DNA of 62,623 nt, filler included, from Choristocarpus tenellus KU-1152 (taxonomy: Eukaryota; Protista; Phaeophyceae): the NCBI GenBank assembly GCA_964200185.2. It is 8 parts of 8 records of this genome, joined end to end, with 100 filler letters (N's around TTAATTAATTAA, not from the genome) between each part and the next. Parts side by side here need not be neighbours in the genome. Positions count along the whole stretch, not along the records: positions 42,059 to 62,623 come from CAXNAD020000389.1; 7 more parts are not named here. One strand, given 5' to 3'. The notes beneath the pieces were generated by a model. That model was not told the DNA's origin and ran no database searches. It worked only from the letters and a program-made list of their open reading frames with translations. Below, piece by piece: positions 50,701 to 62,623 of this stretch (the stretch's first letter is position 1; each line of letters begins with the position of its first letter). A program made the translations under genes and the position numbers.

Positions 50701-53037
50701 GGACATACGCAAACACCGTGCCTTTCTTGGTCAATTCGTGGTTCCGAAAGAATTGCAATCTCTGGTCATATATGCTTCTCACGATCATCCCGCTAGAGGA
50801 GGTCACTTCGGTCTTTCTAATACTTTTGACAAGGTACGAGACCAGTATTGGTGGCCCATGTTTCAAAAAGATTAGAGAATGGTGTGAGAGATGTCAACTT
50901 TGCCAAATACGAAAAATCTCTCACAGATATCCCACACTGCCTCGAGGAGAAATTCCTGCTACTCGACCATTCGAACGGATTGCTGTTGATCTTGACAGTA
51001 TAAGACCATTTCCCGTGAATGGCGTTATGTTCTTTCGGGTATCTGCCAATTGACGCGCTTTACTTTTCTCTTTCCCATTCCAGACAAACAAGGAGAGACC
51101 ATTGCAAAATGTTGGTTTGAAATAATATTTTCAATATTTGGGGCACGTGAAATCCTTCACCCTGTCCAAGGTTCAGAATTTGAAAATAAACATGTTCTTA
51201 AATTACGAACAGTGTTTGGTTGGGTACCATAAACCTCGTACCACACCTACAGGGTAACTCTGTTTTAGAGCGTGTCCATTCTACTCTGCATCAAATCTTA
51301 TCCATGTATAGTAACATAGCAGAGAATAATTGGGCGACTGTTGTTCCACTCTTTCAATTGGCTCACAATACGCCATACAGTACCACATTACAAGAAACAC
51401 CTTTTCCCCTGCTTTTTGGACTCCGCCCAATTTTACCAATAGATGTCATTTTGGGTCTATCCAAAATAACAGTTGCCCAATCTAGTCAAGAGTTTACCCA
51501 ATCAACAGCTGAGAATTCAGACTTAGCTTTTGAAATATCCCGTCGCAATCTGGGAGAACGGAACGCTGAAAGAATGGCTAGGAATGAAACTCTTGTTTTC
51601 CCCGTATTTCAAGCTGGAGCTCGAGTTTTGGTGCATCGTCCACATACTGACCGTGATGGACCTCTAATCCAAAATTGATTCAGTCCCAACGTGAACCTTT
51701 CACAGTGAAGTGACTGCCAATATTTCTGTATCTGCAAACAAGGTGACATCAAGAATATTTCTGCTCACTTAGCCCACTTGAAACCTTACATTCCGAACAC
51801 ACGACCACCTGAACCTGATTTTATGAAGCTCAACGATTTTTTCTTGGCTGTACCTTACCCTCATCGGATCTTGATGACTAGAATCCCTGGTGACCATTGG
51901 TCCTTATGTTATTGAAGTCATTGTGGGACACAAATCTGGTCGTGGATCTCGTTCACCTACAAAAAAATATATATAGTACGCCTTAAAGGTTATGACGTGC
52001 TTCTGATGTATTCTATCATCCACGTGATTTGTCGCAATGTGTAGAAATGATTTCTACATATCGCCAACAACATTGCCTACACACAGCCAATTCCAACACT
52101 AAACCTTTCGTTGATACCAACTCTGATCCGTGAAACGTTTCCATACTTGATTGAACTTCATACTGGAGGTGATACATTTATAAAATATGGGTGTTGGGAT
52201 TTCTATTTGTGTTTCATTCAATGATTTGTGGTTGTCTTGTAAATTGTATGTATATGTGTATATATATTCTAAATGGATGTTTCTTCCGGTCAATATCAAC
52301 TTATACCAAGTTGATTTTCTTTTCATGTGCACCCATGTATGAACAGAGAAGACCTGATTTCATTTTTCGAAATGACTCTTGCACACTTGTATTATTTTGT
52401 TTATATTATTATTTCAGTATGTTTATTTTTTATTATTATTATTTATTTATTTTTCTATTTTATCAGGAAGGGACAACCTTTTTGTTCAACAGTTCTTCCA
52501 GTGATTGTGTATGACCAACTCCATCCCCGTGTTGTTTGTCAACGGTTTAAAATTGACTTTCTTTTCAAACTTTATTTATTTATGGTTGATTAGAACATCC
52601 ATGTGATATGTTGTTGAATATTATCTATGCCAATACATAATGCATGATGCTGCAGCTAAACAGCTGAAATTTGATCACGATTTCTGCGCTCCTGTGGGAC
52701 TCCCATATTTTTTCCCTCCTCATTGGAGATGATGGTCTATGTTTTTGCATCTGTATCTCCTTGATCGAGTTAAACAAAATTCATGCTCAGACTTGCTAGT
52801 CGTTGCCCATGCCCCTTTCACATCGAAGACTTGATCGGGCGTGGTCATATCTGATACATCGAAATCGCGATCTTTCCATCTGGCTAGATATGTTTTATTA
52901 TCTCACTCCTGAAGGTGAAACGGCACTGATTTGGTTGCCACCAAATCAATCTTATTCACAAGTACTAAGTTGTTATGAGGCCTCACGAAAAACTGTTTTG
53001 ATACATGTATCAAATCACATCTAGAGGGGGGGGGTGA

Positions 53038-53340
53038 TGTGAGAGCCATCTTCCAAAGAAGGTATACCTTGAAGGTAACCCGTATTGAAGAATCTGATAT
53101 TAATATGACATTTGTTTTTGCATGTCAAGGTAATACCTGCTTGAAGAAAATTGCGGGTGGTTTGAGGGGATCTCGCCAACCCCCTTCATTCACTTTCCAC
53201 TTGTTCACTCTTTCCTGAGAGACCTTATCAGGGGTTGCTCTCCCTCTTGCCTTGTCCCTCTCTGCATTTTCTTTCCTGCTGTGGGTCTTCCCGCTCCCAT
53301 TCGGTCTGAAGAACCTGTCGGCTTGTTTACATCTCTTTCA
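53038..53340 (+). repeat. 3' LTR
   Basis: TG...CA termini, preceded by a polypurine tract. Confidence 0.9.
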
Positions 53341-53780
53341 CACACTCACAAATGCATTATACTCAAAGTATATGGTATCATCTCACGCACACCGGTAATT
53401 CAGAGACACCATGATATCAATATCCCGAAAACGTTTTGATTTGTTTTGAGGGTTGATGGAATGATCAATTGTCAATACTTCCATGTGGTACTATATTTTA
53501 ACAAATATTTTCTTGGAAAACATGGAATATACTCCGAAGAATAGTTTATGGCTTCGGAGAAGCAAAGAATATAATATTTTATATCATCTTGAACGCATTT
53601 CAGCTCGGTAATTTCTGGACAGTTTCTTTTCGAAGAAAACTATTCGATTGAAAACCCATTCACCCATCCAACCAGCAACAAACCAAAAAGCACAAAGACA
53701 CGATTCCCTCCCTCCTACTATCGCATCAGTTGATCCCCCACTCCTCAGAGATCAGTACTTCGTCGCGCACGCACCTCAAC

Positions 53781-56700
53781 ATGGCTCTGCTACCCTCTCG
53801 ACTGGTGTTCCTTGGCCTGTTGTCCGTCCTCTACACCCGTTGCACAACCGGTTCGTACTAAACTATAGCAGGATTTCATCTTCGACGATTTACACGTCTC
53901 CTTACAGCTCGTAAAAGATGCAATTGATTAAAACGTCATGTATAGCTGATATGTATCCCCAACACACTATCAAACGACCGTACACCACCAACCTACCTTC
54001 AGGAGTGTGGGTCGAGGTCGGAACCAAGGGTCAGGTGGGCTCCTCGGCCACGGCGTTCGATCCGCGTTTGCAAGCCAATAACGGTTGCAATCCGGGTGGC
54101 TGCACTCCTGCTTTGTCCAGGGTGAGAACATCAGTGAGCGACCAATATTTATCTGCTTCTAGTGCCATCGCCAATATCAATTGAGATATATAGTGTTGCA
54201 TTAGCTCGTCAATACGAATCGAGTTGTGCGTCTCACCCGTACAATTCACTACAGTCTCCTGACCGACCACCCCCTAACCCTCCACAGGATGGAAGCTTGA
54301 CTCCAACGTCAAGATGGTCTTGCTCAACCACTCTAGGCGTCAATGAATGTTCCATTACCTACAGTTTCGGCACACCTCAACCTTTCAGGCGCATAGATGT
54401 TGGTGAGATGTGGTGGTTGGCTGATGTACTTGATGACGGTCAGCTTTCTGTTCGAAGATTTTTGTGTATACGTTTTCGGTATGCAGTAGAACACAACCGC
54501 AGCTCACACGCACAGTCTTTCCTTTCTCTTGTTTTCTGCGCCTAATACTCTCCCCACCACAACCCTGTGCGACTGCCCTTCCCATCATATTTTGAACGAA
54601 ATGGTATTTTCTCTGTCATCGGTGTTGATATCATGAGAATGTACTGTAAACTATTTGGCCTTGGAACGAGATAGCAAGAAGTTTAAAAATTAAAAGTTTC
54701 AGTTTAAGGGCGACCCCAACTATGAAATATTTCGATTGCAGCGGTACTAGGTCGCTCACTTCTCATCACACATGGAAATACTACGGCTACTCAGTTCAGT
54801 GTGGAGGTCCTGCATAGGGACAGCGTGGTATATGGAGCAAGAACCAATCAAAGTGTGATGGCATCAGCTCGAAAAGAGTTCCACCTTGCAGGGATTCATG
54901 GCACGGGACAGTATGACAATGCAACTGTAGAACTCCTACTCCAATTTGTTGTTCTGGTCTCTCATATTGATTCTCTCCATGTAAGGGTTGGGTAAGTGTG
55001 TGACAGGCAAATTCGCAAAGGGTCTCTCCAAGTTAGTCCCATGGAGCCATTCTCTTGTCATTTTCGATCCAGTCAGTCTTCCTTCAACCACATTGCAAGT
55101 CCTCACACTTCGCAACATTCCAATAATGCTAATACTTTGCTGGGCATGCGGGGCTTGCTGTCCCCTCTATCTTCACAACCATCCGATGCTGCAACTACTC
55201 TCACCTACTGTACACATACAACCACTATAATGGCCTCATCTATTGACATTGCCCCATACCAGCATTCTACCTGGGGGATGAGCGCACACGTGAGTTTGAG
55301 GTTGACAGCGACAGCACAAGGATGATCGACGATGAGAGTTCAGGGAACACTCTGGACTTGGAACAATTCGGTCCGACAACTGAAGTTTTCCTCACCGACG
55401 AAGTCACCATTGTATCCACACCGGTTGATAACGGTGAATGGTTCAGCCTCACCGAGGTATGTCTTGAAGGGAATGCCTCAACTGATTATCCTGAATTCCT
55501 CTTGAGAAATTATGAGATATCGTTTCAGGGTTGCCAGCACAAGGGACATACTTGATCACATTTTCACCTAGAAATCATACATCATGCGCTCGCTTACATT
55601 GATCTTATATCGTGTCTCCTACGAACTTGCCTGAACAAACAGCACAACCGGAATGATATGAATCTAGTGTTGCCTGTTGTCCAAACGTACTGGACGGCCT
55701 TTTGCACAGAGTAACAAGAAGAACACACGAAAGGCAAAGAGCTGTGGTTTCAGAGTACATTCGATGAAAAGAAGTAGACTTTGAAGAATGGACTGCACAT
55801 TCCCTCACATGCATTTTTACACCCTCGCCACCTCAACTATCTCATGAAATGGAACCCCGTATGTCGCTGTCCCATCGCAGGTGGACATTTGGGTGATTCG
55901 AGGCGAAGAGATTGCCGATTCGGGAAGGTCTGTGACTGTTTCTGCCACAGGGTTCGATGATCGCACAGATTCTGGCTGCAACGGCCAGTGCCTTGCTTCT
56001 AACTCCAGGGTGAGGGACTACATGGTTCACAAGTGCTTCCAAGCTATAGATCTCTGCTACTAGCTGATTCAAAGTGAAGTGTCAGTCATGAGTACAAATC
56101 AACTCAGGGTTGTCGCAATTCTGCTAGGGAGAAAATCAGAAAACAATAGCTTGATTGGAGATCCCACTTGTAGAACCCCTCACAATAGCAAGCTGTCGCA
56201 TTAACACCTGCATGGTGCCCTTCCTCCTCCAGGATGGCAACTATGCAAGCGATGCAAGCCGTTGGTCGTGCATCAACTCTGACGCCGCAGGAGGGCTGTG
56301 CAGTATCACCTACGACTTCTCCTCTGGTGCCCGTCTCGACAGCATCCTTGTATGTGAGTTTCCTCAGCAGCATCTTCACTCCCACAGAGTAGACTGTCGT
56401 ACAGCACAGGTGTCCCAAACCACACTTGAGCGTTAGGTTTGTTGCAAAATGAGAGGTCCAACAGTAGTCTACAGCATGCACATAGGTGTCATTATGAATC
56501 CCACCCCAGACTGCTATCACCGCCTAACCTACCTCTGACATCCGACCCATACCCATTCGTGCTACCCCCCTCAGCCCTTTTCCGAGGTGATGAGCGCACA
56601 CGCTCGCTAAGTGTGTACCTTAACGGCAACAATAGTCCAGAAACAACTTGGACCAGCTCTGGCGACACGGATGGGCTTGAAGAGATTGAGATTAATCGCC

Positions 56701-56789
56701 AAGGGATCACCTCTGTCAGGCTCGAAGCACTCAACCTCGGGACTGAGTGGCTGAGTATCAAGGAGACCATGTTCTACGTCAGCACCTGA
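53781..56789 (+). CDS. Secreted protein with two tandem galactose-binding-like (discoidin/CBM32-like) repeats of brown algal/phaeovirus type, complete, 7 exons (53781-53850, 54003-54121, 54288-54402, 55263-55456, 55881-56009, 56233-56353, 56575-56789)
   Basis: Signal peptide; two copies of AT.FD.R..GC..C....SR/DG....SRWSC....CSITY.F../F.GDERTR....SSG.T..LE....EW.S..E; all junctions GT-AG and in frame to TGA. Confidence 0.85.
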
Positions 56790-58414
56790 GCGTTCCTGTC
56801 TCGTTCCTTGATTGCTCCAAACGTACGTTACAGACCTGGACCAGCAAATGAACCGGTCTGGAAGTTGAAACATTGCAGGGCCGCTGAGCATGGCATTAAT
56901 CTAGAAGATGAATACAGTGCACGCAGTAGGAGTGTTCCCTTACGGTGATCTAACACATGCATACGGCTATGTATGATAGCAAGGTACACTTCCTGACGTG
57001 GTGTTGCAGGGCGCATCTCATGCGTTTTGGCCTTTTTCACTTGAGTATGTATAGATGATTTGTGGGAGGTTTGTTGTGCAGGTTACTGACGCAGTTGGAT
57101 TGAAGAAAATCCGGCGTGCTTGCTCACACCTTTGCACCCTTGTAGAAACTGGTTTCAACCGCACGAGTGAGAGGGGGGTGGAATTTCAAGAAGCAAAGGC
57201 TTGTTGTTGTAGAGAGCAGTACGACCTACTATAGTTGGCAGAGGGCACCAGTTGTGTCGTAGAAATCATTGGTTGGAGATGGGTGGGAGAAGAGTACGTC
57301 TCACTGATGATGGAGTGCTAGAGTTGACCTCAACTTGCTTCCAGAATCACACAAATTTTATTGATCTATGTTGGGATTGAGAATTTCTGTACGAAGTGGA
57401 TATCCCCAGGCAAGTTCTAGCTGGCAAAGTCCACGAAGAGACATGAACTGTGAGGGTTTAGAATCGGGGTTGCCTTGAGGTGGAAGAAAATAAGACGGGC
57501 TCAGTTGTAGCTTGGTCCACCCACCCAACCAGAAAAGTTTCATCTTGAGCTCTGTTTGATATTAGAATGCTGGGCGCATCGTAAATACCATTCCTTTTCT
57601 CTTTGCTAATAATGCGATTATATAGAAACACGATATGTGGTTTCTCCCATCTGTGACCCAATTTTGCCTCCAACAAGATGCTCTCGAGAGATGAGATGAC
57701 AGGGCTCGAGAGAAGGATGGATACCGGTACAACCAGTATTTTCTCCCTCTACACGCATCACAACACGTTGAAAAGTCAAAGTATCTTAAGGTAGAGCCGC
57801 GTCCGTTTGGGGGCGAAAATGAAAGGTTGCGATTTGGATGTAATTTTTGGTATCGTGTTTGTTAGGAAGTATTACTATCCTTGTTTCGGACACACTCTTA
57901 AATACGATGAACATTTTACCTACTCTGAAACATTTCTGAAATGTTCTAAGACCTCCGTGGGAACCCAAGCCACAAAGGGAAAAACAGGGCAAAGCTCGTA
58001 CCCTCTAAGAACATTCGCTCGAAGGCTAGCCAATAATGGGGACTTGTTGTGACTGAATCCTCGATGCGTCAGGGGATCATTAACGTTTCAAAAAAGGCTA
58101 AGTAAGCCCGAGGAACGCAAGCTGTTAGACTCGGTAAGGTTTCGGTTCCGCCAGAGTGTTGCTGTCCCTCTAATCCGTGAGAAACTTTGGTGGGGAAGTT
58201 GACAAGGAGGGGTTGTGTATCCTGGCGGCGTGTGATGCCTGCCTTTGATGGACGTGTGTCCATGTAACCATATCAGGATTCGATTTCATGACAGTAGCGT
58301 TCGTTACTACTTCTAATAATCACCTGTCTACATCTGAGTAGCTCAGCCCTGGACTAAATTTTAACCCCTTCATCGTCAGTGTGGTGAGATGCAACTCACG
58401 CCTTAAGAGTATAC

Positions 58415-59021
58415 GTATCTTAGAGGGTACGAGGTTTGCCTTGTTTGGACCCAAAGTATCTGGGGGGGGGAGAGGTTCTACACCAGAGTGTCCGTTTGAA
58501 CCAAAACCAGGAAAAGTGCACTATCATTATCCATCCAACGTATGAAACCAAATCACCCAAAAATCGCGACATGCAAAAATTGACCCCAATTGGACAGTCG
58601 CTACCCCCCCAGATACATTCACCCTTGGCCTTTTGGACTTGGATTCGCAAGGGTTTTTTTAATGACATTTTCCTACGCCGAAATATGTTGGAGTAGATTT
58701 CGAAGTAGGTAAAATGTGTACGTTATGAAAAGGTGTGTCCAGGGTCAGGATATTCACACTTCCTAACATACACAATAGGTAGAATTGTATCAAAATAGCA
58801 ACTTTGGATTTGGCCCTTCAAACTGATGCGACTCTGCCCTCTAAGGGTCAAAGTGTCCTGGGGGGTGGTGTCGACGTTCGTTTTTCACCCTTTTTTCGAT
58901 TTTCACGTTTTTGGTGTGATTTGGTCGCAAGTGTCGGATTTGAAGTGTCAGCAAAAAAAAGAATTGTTTGACCGAAACGGACGCCCCCTCACAAACCACC
59001 CCCCCCTCCCAAGACACTTTG
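58415..59021. mobile_element. Nested MITE cluster: family A (58452-58620) inside family B, followed by family C (58850-59021)
   Basis: Family B termini TCTTAGAGGG / CCCTCTAAG enclose a family A copy; family C has TIRs CAAAGTGTCCTGGG / CCCAAGACACTTTG. Confidence 0.7.
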
Positions 59022-59049
59022 AACACTAAGATACTTCGACTCTAAACTA

Positions 59050-60800
59050 TTACCTGGTGGGCGACTGCTCTCCATGAACACAACCATAGGGTACTCACAT
59101 TGATGTTGGCACGGCCACAAGGTCTGGTGCTGTCCTGCGGAACGTTGGCCTTCAGTGTCCAGTCTCTAGATTTCTCTTCTTCTGTTCTCAGCATTTCATT
59201 GCTCAAGTGCTCTCCACTTCCTGGACTCTTACCAATCTAGGAACTGTCTATTATCACCACCTTTTTTCCTCTATCCAAACAGGAGACACCAATCTCATAT
59301 TCCATTTGGACCTCCTCACAATCTGAGACATGACCATCAGCAATACCCCTCAGCCCCTAGACTGAGAATGGACATACCTTTCTGATGCTTGGGCGGATGC
59401 GAGGGGGAAATGTGCAGACTGGAGTTGGTCACTCCTCGACAAGGGAAAAAATGGTTGAAGGAGGTTTCAAGCGCACGGCATGTGCCGACTACATATTGTT
59501 TTTCCAAATGTGAAGGAAACGGAATATCCTTCCCGTCAGAAATATTGTGTGCATCCTCTGTTTGGTCATCACGAACCCATCTGCCTTAACGGTGAAGGGT
59601 GAGGACAGGGAGTTGAACGCTACGTCAGGGACAAGAGCGACACAGTCCATTAAACAACATGTACACAGTCGACTTGACCTATTTTACAAATTATGCCATG
59701 CATGCCGTACCCATCAATGGACCATATCGTGCCATCCACAACTGTCTTCTGGCGGCCATCACAGCAGGGTTTGAAATTATGCATGTGTGTGTTGGGTGAT
59801 TGTCACACGTTTGGAGAGCCCCCGAATCGTGAGAGTAACTCTCCATCCTAGGCAATCCCACCTCCTTTCTGTCGGTCACGGTAGCCAAAGTAGACTTTGA
59901 ATCTTCGTCCACCTTGGTATTTCTTCTTGGACCCTCTCCCTGACCCAGTCAGTGCTTCTGCCTGTTTACGAGAGATTTCCCTCCTCTGACGATAACCATA
60001 TGGGCCGCTATGATTTTGCGCTCCACAATTCGCAAATCTGACACAAACTACAGTCGTGTTGACTCAGGGTCCTCCCGCGTCAGGACTGGCACATATGACC
60101 CTTCACATTTCCAGGGTTCACACGATAACCAGTTGTGTTATGATCACTACCCCAATTGGCCTTCATGGGCTCAGCCATCGGAGCACTCCCTGTCTCCTCA
60201 CGGTTTCCTACCCCCCTTTGCAGAGGCAAATATCTGGACTGGGCTATCTCCTGGATCGTTGCCCAAGTCTGCCTTTCTTTTCCACCATTTTGTATGTAGA
60301 GCTTGGCTTTCCTGAAGTCACCATCCAAGCAATCCACCATGGCGATTTGTAGTTTTGGCTTGGACATCTCATGCCCCATCATCGCCAGCTGGTCAAACCA
60401 TTCCACCATGGTGTGGTGAAGGTCACCTGGGGGTCTAATCCCCTTGACGTTTGGATAGCTAACATCAATTCTGTGGCGTAGCAATTTCCTCACCCAAATG
60501 GATTAGGAAATGTTCCGTTAACTGCTTCTACGCTCCAGAAGGTGAAGCTGCATTGCGGACAATGTACCTATAGAATCCATTGGTGCTCCTCAGCAGGATG
60601 TCGCATACCTTCTTGGCCTTGACGACTTCTTTGGTCACCCCTTCCCTGATGAAGTTGATGTCACCAACACAGAGACGATCCTCCCTGTCCTCCAGCGCTT
60701 GGTCAACGTTTCCCACTGCGCCCCAAGAGAGCTTGTGTCTTGGTCGACCAATCTACAAAATTGTGATATGACAATTGGAGGGATTTGTCTGAAAACGGTC
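59050..60800 (-). mobile_element. Degenerate Ty1/copia gag-protease remnant
   Basis: Gag-like CDILLRSTNGFYRYIVRNAASPSGA..MVDCLDGDFRKAKLYI, decayed zinc knuckles (KGHMCQS, NCGAQNH) and a pre-integrase-like YGCVHG near 59080. Confidence 0.55.
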
Positions 60801-61534
60801 CGAGGCCATAAGTGCAGCCTACCTACCCAACCCTCTCCAGTTCTAGGTGCGCCTCCTCTAGTTAGAGGTTTTTGGTGACGCTTAAGCATGTTGGAAAGCT
60901 TCCGTAGAATCGTTCTTTGTGAAGAACTGTTGTTGGGTTTCATGATAAACACACACTGAAAATCGATGAAGTTATTGATCGTTGTCTGCATTAGTCATCA
61001 CCTGACACATGAACCAAAACCGACTCATCATATCGCTATGTACGATAATACTATGAATTGTACCGCACGTTACATATCCGCACATGAAACTGTCACACTG
61101 TGGTTATATGGTGATAATGTGCAGATCTAGATTGCTATTTGTGTGAGTATGGACGAAGATAGAAGAGATGGGCTCCTCACACGATCCTCCTCTGCTGAAT
61201 GTGTTCACATGATTGAAAGAGATGAGTGATATCTATTGTACATGGCGGGGCTCTGTTTGTCACCTGTTGCTTCAAGAAAAAATCTCACCGAAAAATGAAA
61301 TACCTACAATGTTTCCAGAAACCTCCATCATGATATAGGATATCGTCTTGGACATGTGGACTTCAACCTAGACCTACTTCTCTACAGATATCCCGCAAAG
61401 GTATGAACATGATCCCGAATGCTTTTAGTTACATATTGCTGTAATTCATATTGTATTCTGCACAAGTATCACAACACACAATGAAGGCATATAACACTAG
61501 TTACTGTGTCATATCATAGCGCGCACCATACAAT

Positions 61535-61800
61535 ATATGGGCAAGGAGGGGCTAGTTAGATTGTTGGGATGCTTCCCTAGCTCCTCACCCTGGAGCGCAG
61601 GACTAAACTAGGTTGGAGGGATAGGGGGGCAGGGTATAGCATAGCTGGTAGTAAAATAGTATATATTGATGATAGAAAAATATCTTTCACGTTTAGGACA
61701 ACTGTTACTTTTTTGGGGGTTACTCTGACATTTGAATGGTTTTCATTGTTTTTTCCTCTTGACACACCTGAAAAATATCAGAGGGCATAATAATAAAAAT
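61535..61800 (+). mobile_element. 5'-truncated 3' UTR copy of the CRE-like element with TAA tail (a shorter copy lies at 3960-4022)
   Basis: ATGGGCAAGGAGGGGCT..TTGGGATGCTTCCCTAGCTCCTCACCCTGG..CAGAGGGCATAATAATAAAA. Confidence 0.7.
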
Positions 61801-62558
61801 GTATGATCACTATTTGTCCTGCCGACCATATGAAACCATACTGTAACCGTCGACTGGTGTTGTTATGTTCGTACCAGTACTCACAACAGGAAAGTTTACC
61901 GTGACACATAACTTTCCGCTGCCTTTCGTTTTATGTTTTTGTCCACCTTTAAAAAATCACCTTGCATTTTTTTTTCTGTGATTTTTGTATTTTATCGAGG
62001 GAATTGCCAGTTTGATTGTCACAAATATGGAAAGTATGTAACACTATCTAGTATATTTCATGCATGGACTTACATATTTCATGGACTTAAGTTGAATTTT
62101 GATCAAAATTTGCTATTATCGTGGTACAGAAGGGAAATTGTAAAGTGTAGTACGAAAAAAGTTGGATTTAGTTCTACACAGTTTTCCTTTGTGGCTTATT
62201 TTTAGGAGGTAATGCAAAATGTAATGAATTGTTGAACTCCCTTAGAGAGAGAGGAAACAATTTACTGAGGCGAAAGATATTTTCCCTTGATATGTCGATA
62301 TTTTTGTGTACATACGTACATCCATTGCGCTCTCTCCAGACCAAAGTACAAATTTCCTCGGTTTTCACCAAAGCTTATATATTCTCTAGCATTGACGAAT
62401 AGTTTACGTCACATTTTGACACCAGAAATATAACCTTTGCCAACTCCGTGTCGATCACCAGAGCTATGTACTAAGTCCAAGAAATGTACACGTAGGTTGA
62501 CAGTGTGGAGAAAAAAGCAGTAACTCTGCACACGAAAACCAAATAATAGAAAGGCTCA

Positions 62559-62623
62559 CAATATCTGGGAGGGGGTGGCGGCTGTCCATTTGGGGTCAAT
62601 TTTTCATGTCGTGATTTTTGGGG
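62559..62623 (-). mobile_element. MITE family A, partial copy at window end
   Basis: Near-identical to 23792-23859. Confidence 0.8.

Larger units (their letters stand above)
47431..53340 (+). mobile_element. Degenerate Ty3/gypsy LTR retrotransposon with both LTRs and a chromodomain-like integrase C-terminus
   Basis: LTRs 47431-47732 and 53038-53340; PBS-like TGGCGACGACGG about 47736; PPT 53023-53034; RT (RFCIDYR, RLPFGLSNAP, YMDD), RNase H (VDAS, NYSATYKEC, TDH), integrase (HDHP..GH, C..C, PFERIAVD, ERVHSTL) and a chromodomain-like tail at about 51900-52065; many stops and frameshifts. Confidence 0.93.

Noticed and set aside
47426-53346. Target-site duplication of the gypsy element
   Set aside because: The flanks GCGCT and CACAC do not match cleanly.

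Overview
Eukaryotic, repeat-rich nuclear DNA, most likely from a brown alga (Phaeophyceae) or a close ochrophyte relative. The evidence is GT-AG introns, a bipartite plastid-targeting presequence, a vanadium haloperoxidase and a brown-algal-type secreted repeat protein. The window is not one locus: it is 8 contigs joined by 100-bp N/TTAATTAATTAA/N linkers, so neighbours across a gap are unrelated. Spliced genes reconstructed by hand: an ankyrin-like protein (partial), the 3' end of an unknown protein, a plastid Rieske [2Fe-2S] protein (complete), an NTP-transferase-like protein (partial), a PRPP synthetase with a mitochondrial-type presequence (5' part), a vanadium-dependent haloperoxidase (5' part) and a secreted two-repeat galactose-binding-like protein (complete). 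The rest is decayed mobile DNA: a two-LTR chromodomain Ty3/gypsy element, three Ty1/copia remnants, APE-type, RTE-type and CRE-like non-LTR remnants, and several MITE families. The most unusual signals are (1) AT-rich, intronless fragments of Rickettsiaceae-type genes (nfu/nifU C-terminal half, PAP2 phosphatase) inside algal contigs, (2) a ParB/sulfiredoxin-like DGNHR ORF, and (3) CpG-biased decay of repeats suggesting cytosine methylation. All family assignments come from motif recognition by eye; no searches were run. I did not find a complete multi-gene novel system.
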